Assembly: GCF_009914755.1 (NCBI RefSeq)
Contig: NC_060925.1
Origin: the human T2T-CHM13v2.0 reference genome, Homo sapiens
Strand: one strand, 5' to 3'
DNA: 64,000 nt
A program made the position numbers and the translations under genes. Under the pieces are notes generated by a model. It was not told the DNA's origin. It saw only the letters and a program-made list of their open reading frames with translations, and did no database searches. Shown in pieces: positions 57,723 to 64,000 of this stretch. Each line of letters starts with the position of its first letter. The first letter of the stretch is position 1.

Positions 57723-58160
57723 GTGTTTTCTAGCCTGCGATTGTGGCTAATAGACCTGTCGTTTGCTTTGCCTTTAATCCTAGCAGCCTCCAGAGAGCAG
57801 AGTAAACCTCTGGCCCCGAAGGGCGCCAGCTTCTGGAGTTTAGCCCACAGCGCAGAAACTAGGGGGCGGCCTGGCCGATAGGAAAACTTGGACATGCTCT
57901 TTGTCTCACAATTGAGCAGGAAAAATTCCCGTAGGTGAAGATGCTGCCTCTCAAGGGCCCTTTGTCTGTAGCTTCCACTGATGAAATAATGCGGTTATAG
58001 TCTTTTCTGGTAGAGAAAACGGCTGTATCAGTGGAATTTTTTAAAAACACAAAACGAGAACGAGTTTTTAATGAGCTGACAATAAAATCTAAACTAGTTG
58101 TCATGGTCTGCACCGGCTTGCCTCCATTCCCCATCTGCTAATTTTTATGAGAACAGTAAA

Positions 58161-58269
58161 TTATTACTATTATCATTATTTTTGAGACGTAGTCTTGTTC
58201 TGTCACCCAGGCTGGAGTGTCATGGCTCAATCTCGGCTCACTGCAACCTCTGTCTCCCAGGTTCAAGCA
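58161..58269 (-). mobile_element. Short 5'-truncated Alu with 14-bp TSD
   Basis: Right-arm end flanked by ATGAGAACAGTAAA at 58147-58160 and 58270-58283. Confidence 0.85.
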
Positions 58270-58829
58270 ATGAGAACAGTAAAGAAACTACAGTTCACAT
58301 AAAGTGCACAAATCTTTAGTGCAATTTGTTTAGTTTTGATCAATGTTATCACCACCCAGCTCAAGTTACAGAAAATTGCCATCATCTGAGAAAGGCCTGT
58401 TAGAGCCCCTGTCCAGGTGATTCCCACCCTGTGTCCTCTTAGTTATCACTATTCTGATGTCTATTCCCACAGGTTACAATTGCCTGTTCTTAAAGTTCAC
58501 ATGAGTGAATGTACATGTTTTGTGTCTGGCCTTTTTTCTGCAGTTACATTCATTATACTCATGAGATATATCCATGTAGTTTCATAGATCACTTCTCAAT
58601 TTTGGGGTTATTGATTTCTTGTGCTGAATATTCTTATAACAGTCTTTGTGTGCACTTGAGATTCATGGAAGTCCTTCAATTGCTGGGTCATGACCTGAGT
58701 ATAAGTTTAACATCAGTATAAATTGCCAGTCTTCTAGAATGTTTTTTCACCAGCGATGACAGTTGAAGTGGCACCAAATTCTTGTCAGCATTTGGTGTAC
58801 GAACTTTGTTAAATGTAGCTATGCTCTCA

Positions 58830-59017
58830 GACCAATCTGGCCAACATGGCGAAACCCTGTCTCTACTCAAAATACAAAAATTAGCCGGGCATGGTGGCAT
58901 GCACCTGTAGTCCCAGCTACTCCGGAGGGGGATGTTGCAGTGAGTCAAGATCACAGCATTGCACTCCAGCTTGGGTGACAGAATGAGACCCTGTCTCAGA
59001 AAAAAAAAAAAAAAAAG
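58830..59017 (+). mobile_element. Partial Alu within old antisense L1M
   Basis: Truncated Alu with internal deletion and poly-A. Confidence 0.85.
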
Positions 59018-59239
59018 TAGCCATACACTGGTGAGTAGTTAGTGCTATCTCAGTGTGGAATTAATTTGTATTTGCCTAATGAGCAATCCTATGAAGCATA
59101 CTTTCTTGTGGCTTCCAGCATATAAGAAACTCTCCTTTGCAAAGGCCTATTCAAATATTTTGCCCTATTTTATTTGGCTTAGCTCTATATTACTGATTTA
59201 CAAAAGTTCTCTTGTATATTCAAGAATTGAGTCTTTTTT

Positions 59240-62168
<2,929 letters not shown>

Positions 62169-62788
62169 AAAGCATTTAATTTGATGAAATTTTGCCATAT
62201 TTTTTCTTTATTTTTAAAGCCCGTCATGTTCTATAAAAATCTTTCTACTCAGGATGTGAATGGATTCTCTTAATTTTATCTCTCTATGAGTTCCAGAGTT
62301 TCAGTTTTAATTTTTAAATTGATGACATCTAAAATTCTACTCCTAACCAAAACATTTTTGGGGGTGACTAAGGACAACTCCAAAAATCTTCCATAAATGG
62401 AAGTAAGACTTACTCCTTAAAGAACTTTCTGGGATCCTGAGCTGCAGGGCACAGTGGCTTTAGTGCACCTCTGCTCTTAAGACTATTCAGAAATTGTCTT
62501 TGTGAACCCATCAGGCTGTTTCAAAATCAGCAATTTAGGGCTTGCTTGCAACACGCAGTTAAGCAGCAGCTGTTTTTTGGATCTCATGAGTGCCTGCATG
62601 CATACTTCCCTGGGAATTTTCTAAATTTGAATTCTCATGGTATTTCAAGTGGCATAGTTGTCTCTTTCTTTTGCCTACAGCCACATACATACCACCAAAT
62701 CCTGCACTCCAAGCTTCTCCTTCCTCACCCTGAACTCCCAACCTCCAGTTAGACAATCCACATCTTCCCACACCTGCCTCAGGCTCCA

Positions 62789-63297
62789 TCAGGCCACTGT
62801 GCCTCCCGCAGCAACCAGGCCAGGGGGAATCTGGATTCCTATTACACTTCTGAGGAAGGTGATCAGGGGGCGTGGAGGATGTGGGTGGGAAGGGGTGAGA
62901 TTGAGGGCAGGAGTACACTGTGGTCTTCTGTCTTCTACCTCATTGGCCCAGGTGCTGCTCTTCCTCCGGTTGTCTGCTTTCAGCCCTGTGTAGGGAATCA
63001 GGTCTGCGCCCTCATCTTCCTGACTCTCATTTTCTGAGGAACCTGAATGGATGAGCCGTCGCTCTTGTCCCACACATTCTGTCCAAAGGTGCCCTCCTCT
63101 CTACTTGCTCCGGTGCCTGCTCTCTGAGCTCTGACACTCAGGCTGGGATGCCGCCCAGTACAGAAGCTCTGCAGCCCTGCAGGGCTCTGACTGTTCCACA
63201 CCAGCAGGATAAAGGCCACAGGGCATGCTGTGGTCGAAAAGCATTCAGAGGTGTGGGCTGAAGGCCTCTCTTTCCACAGTCCCTTTGAACACCCCAT
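62789..63297 (-). pseudogene. FAM231-family ORF, frameshifted
   Basis: MGCSKGLWKERPSAHTSECFSTTACP... continues in another frame as GQERRLIHSGSSENESQED...PPGLVAAGGTVA*; one added nt near 63085-63087 gives a single 169-aa ORF like recalled FAM231 proteins. Confidence 0.75.
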
Positions 63298-64000
63298 GGA
63301 AGTCAGCACCCCTTTGAGGAACGAGGTGGCCCAAGGCCTGGCTTCACATGCAGGCCGTTGGGTCCCAGTGGGTCCTCTCTGTGCCTGGTATAGCCAACGG
63401 CTTCATGCATCTTACCCGGTTTCCTCTCCTCCACCACCCAAGCTCCTCCTTGACCCCCTTGCTCAGCTGTTCTCAGGACAGCAAGATCCCCAGCCCTTGG
63501 AAAAGCCCATCTCCAGTGCTTGGGGAGGGAGTTGGGTTCAGGTCGTCTAACCACAGAAGGACAGAGAACTTGAGGCAGGAGGAAATCCCTTCCCTTGCTG
63601 GGTCTCTTGGCACAGCCCATCCAGGGGTCTGGGTCAGGGTCCAGGTATACTCTACCCTCCTATAGGACCTGGATTTTTAGGCCCCCGAGGTTGGTCAACG
63701 TGGAGTCTTTCCCACTGTTCACCTGGGAACTGAAGGAATATCCCATGGGGCCCTCTCTTACTCATTAGAGACACCCAGAAAATACTCCATTCAGCAGAAA
63801 CTGCGTGCAGTGTACCAGACCACTATAATTATAACTGCAGGGTGTGGAGGTCAGACACGTTTTGTGGCTATTTTCTCTCTGTCTGTGACTTGCTTGCCTT
63901 TTCACTTTCTTAGTGGTATCTTTTGATGAGAAGGTGTGGCTAATGTTGATGAAGTCTCATTTATCATGTCTTTCTTATATATGTATTTTTTGTGTCCTGC

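Overview
This is human (primate) genomic DNA from a chromosome 1 segmental-duplication block. The + strand carries a complete NBPF-family gene whose reconstructed protein matches NBPF1 as I recall it. It has 25 coding exons from 8797 to 38416, giving 3645 nt or 1214 aa with no internal stop. The architecture is three tandem ~6.3-kb coiled-coil+CON1 modules, then CON2, a single unexpanded HLS1-2-3 Olduvai (DUF1220) triplet and CON3. Candidate 5'UTR exons lie upstream and a ~1.6-kb 3'UTR follows. Downstream are a three-exon PDE4DIP (myomegalin) pseudogene fragment, a tRNA cluster (intact tRNA-Gly-CCC; decayed Gln-CTG, Val-CAC and His-GTG copies), a CpG-rich island, a frameshifted FAM231-like ORF, and many Alu/L1/MIR/LTR repeats. 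I see no evidence for a new biological system; this is a well-studied locus. The most interesting signals are evolutionary and mechanistic scars readable in the sequence. These are a chimeric middle module with a ~100-bp crossover window, a hidden 2x2 higher-order repeat under the HLS triplet, and a terminal exon/3'UTR homologous to intron. There is also a tail-less L1 with TSDs hosting a nested L1 with a probable 3' transduction, a templated-insertion repair scar, and the PDE4DIP homologue of an NBPF exon sitting beside NBPF. Repeat boundaries and subfamily names are by eye and approximate.
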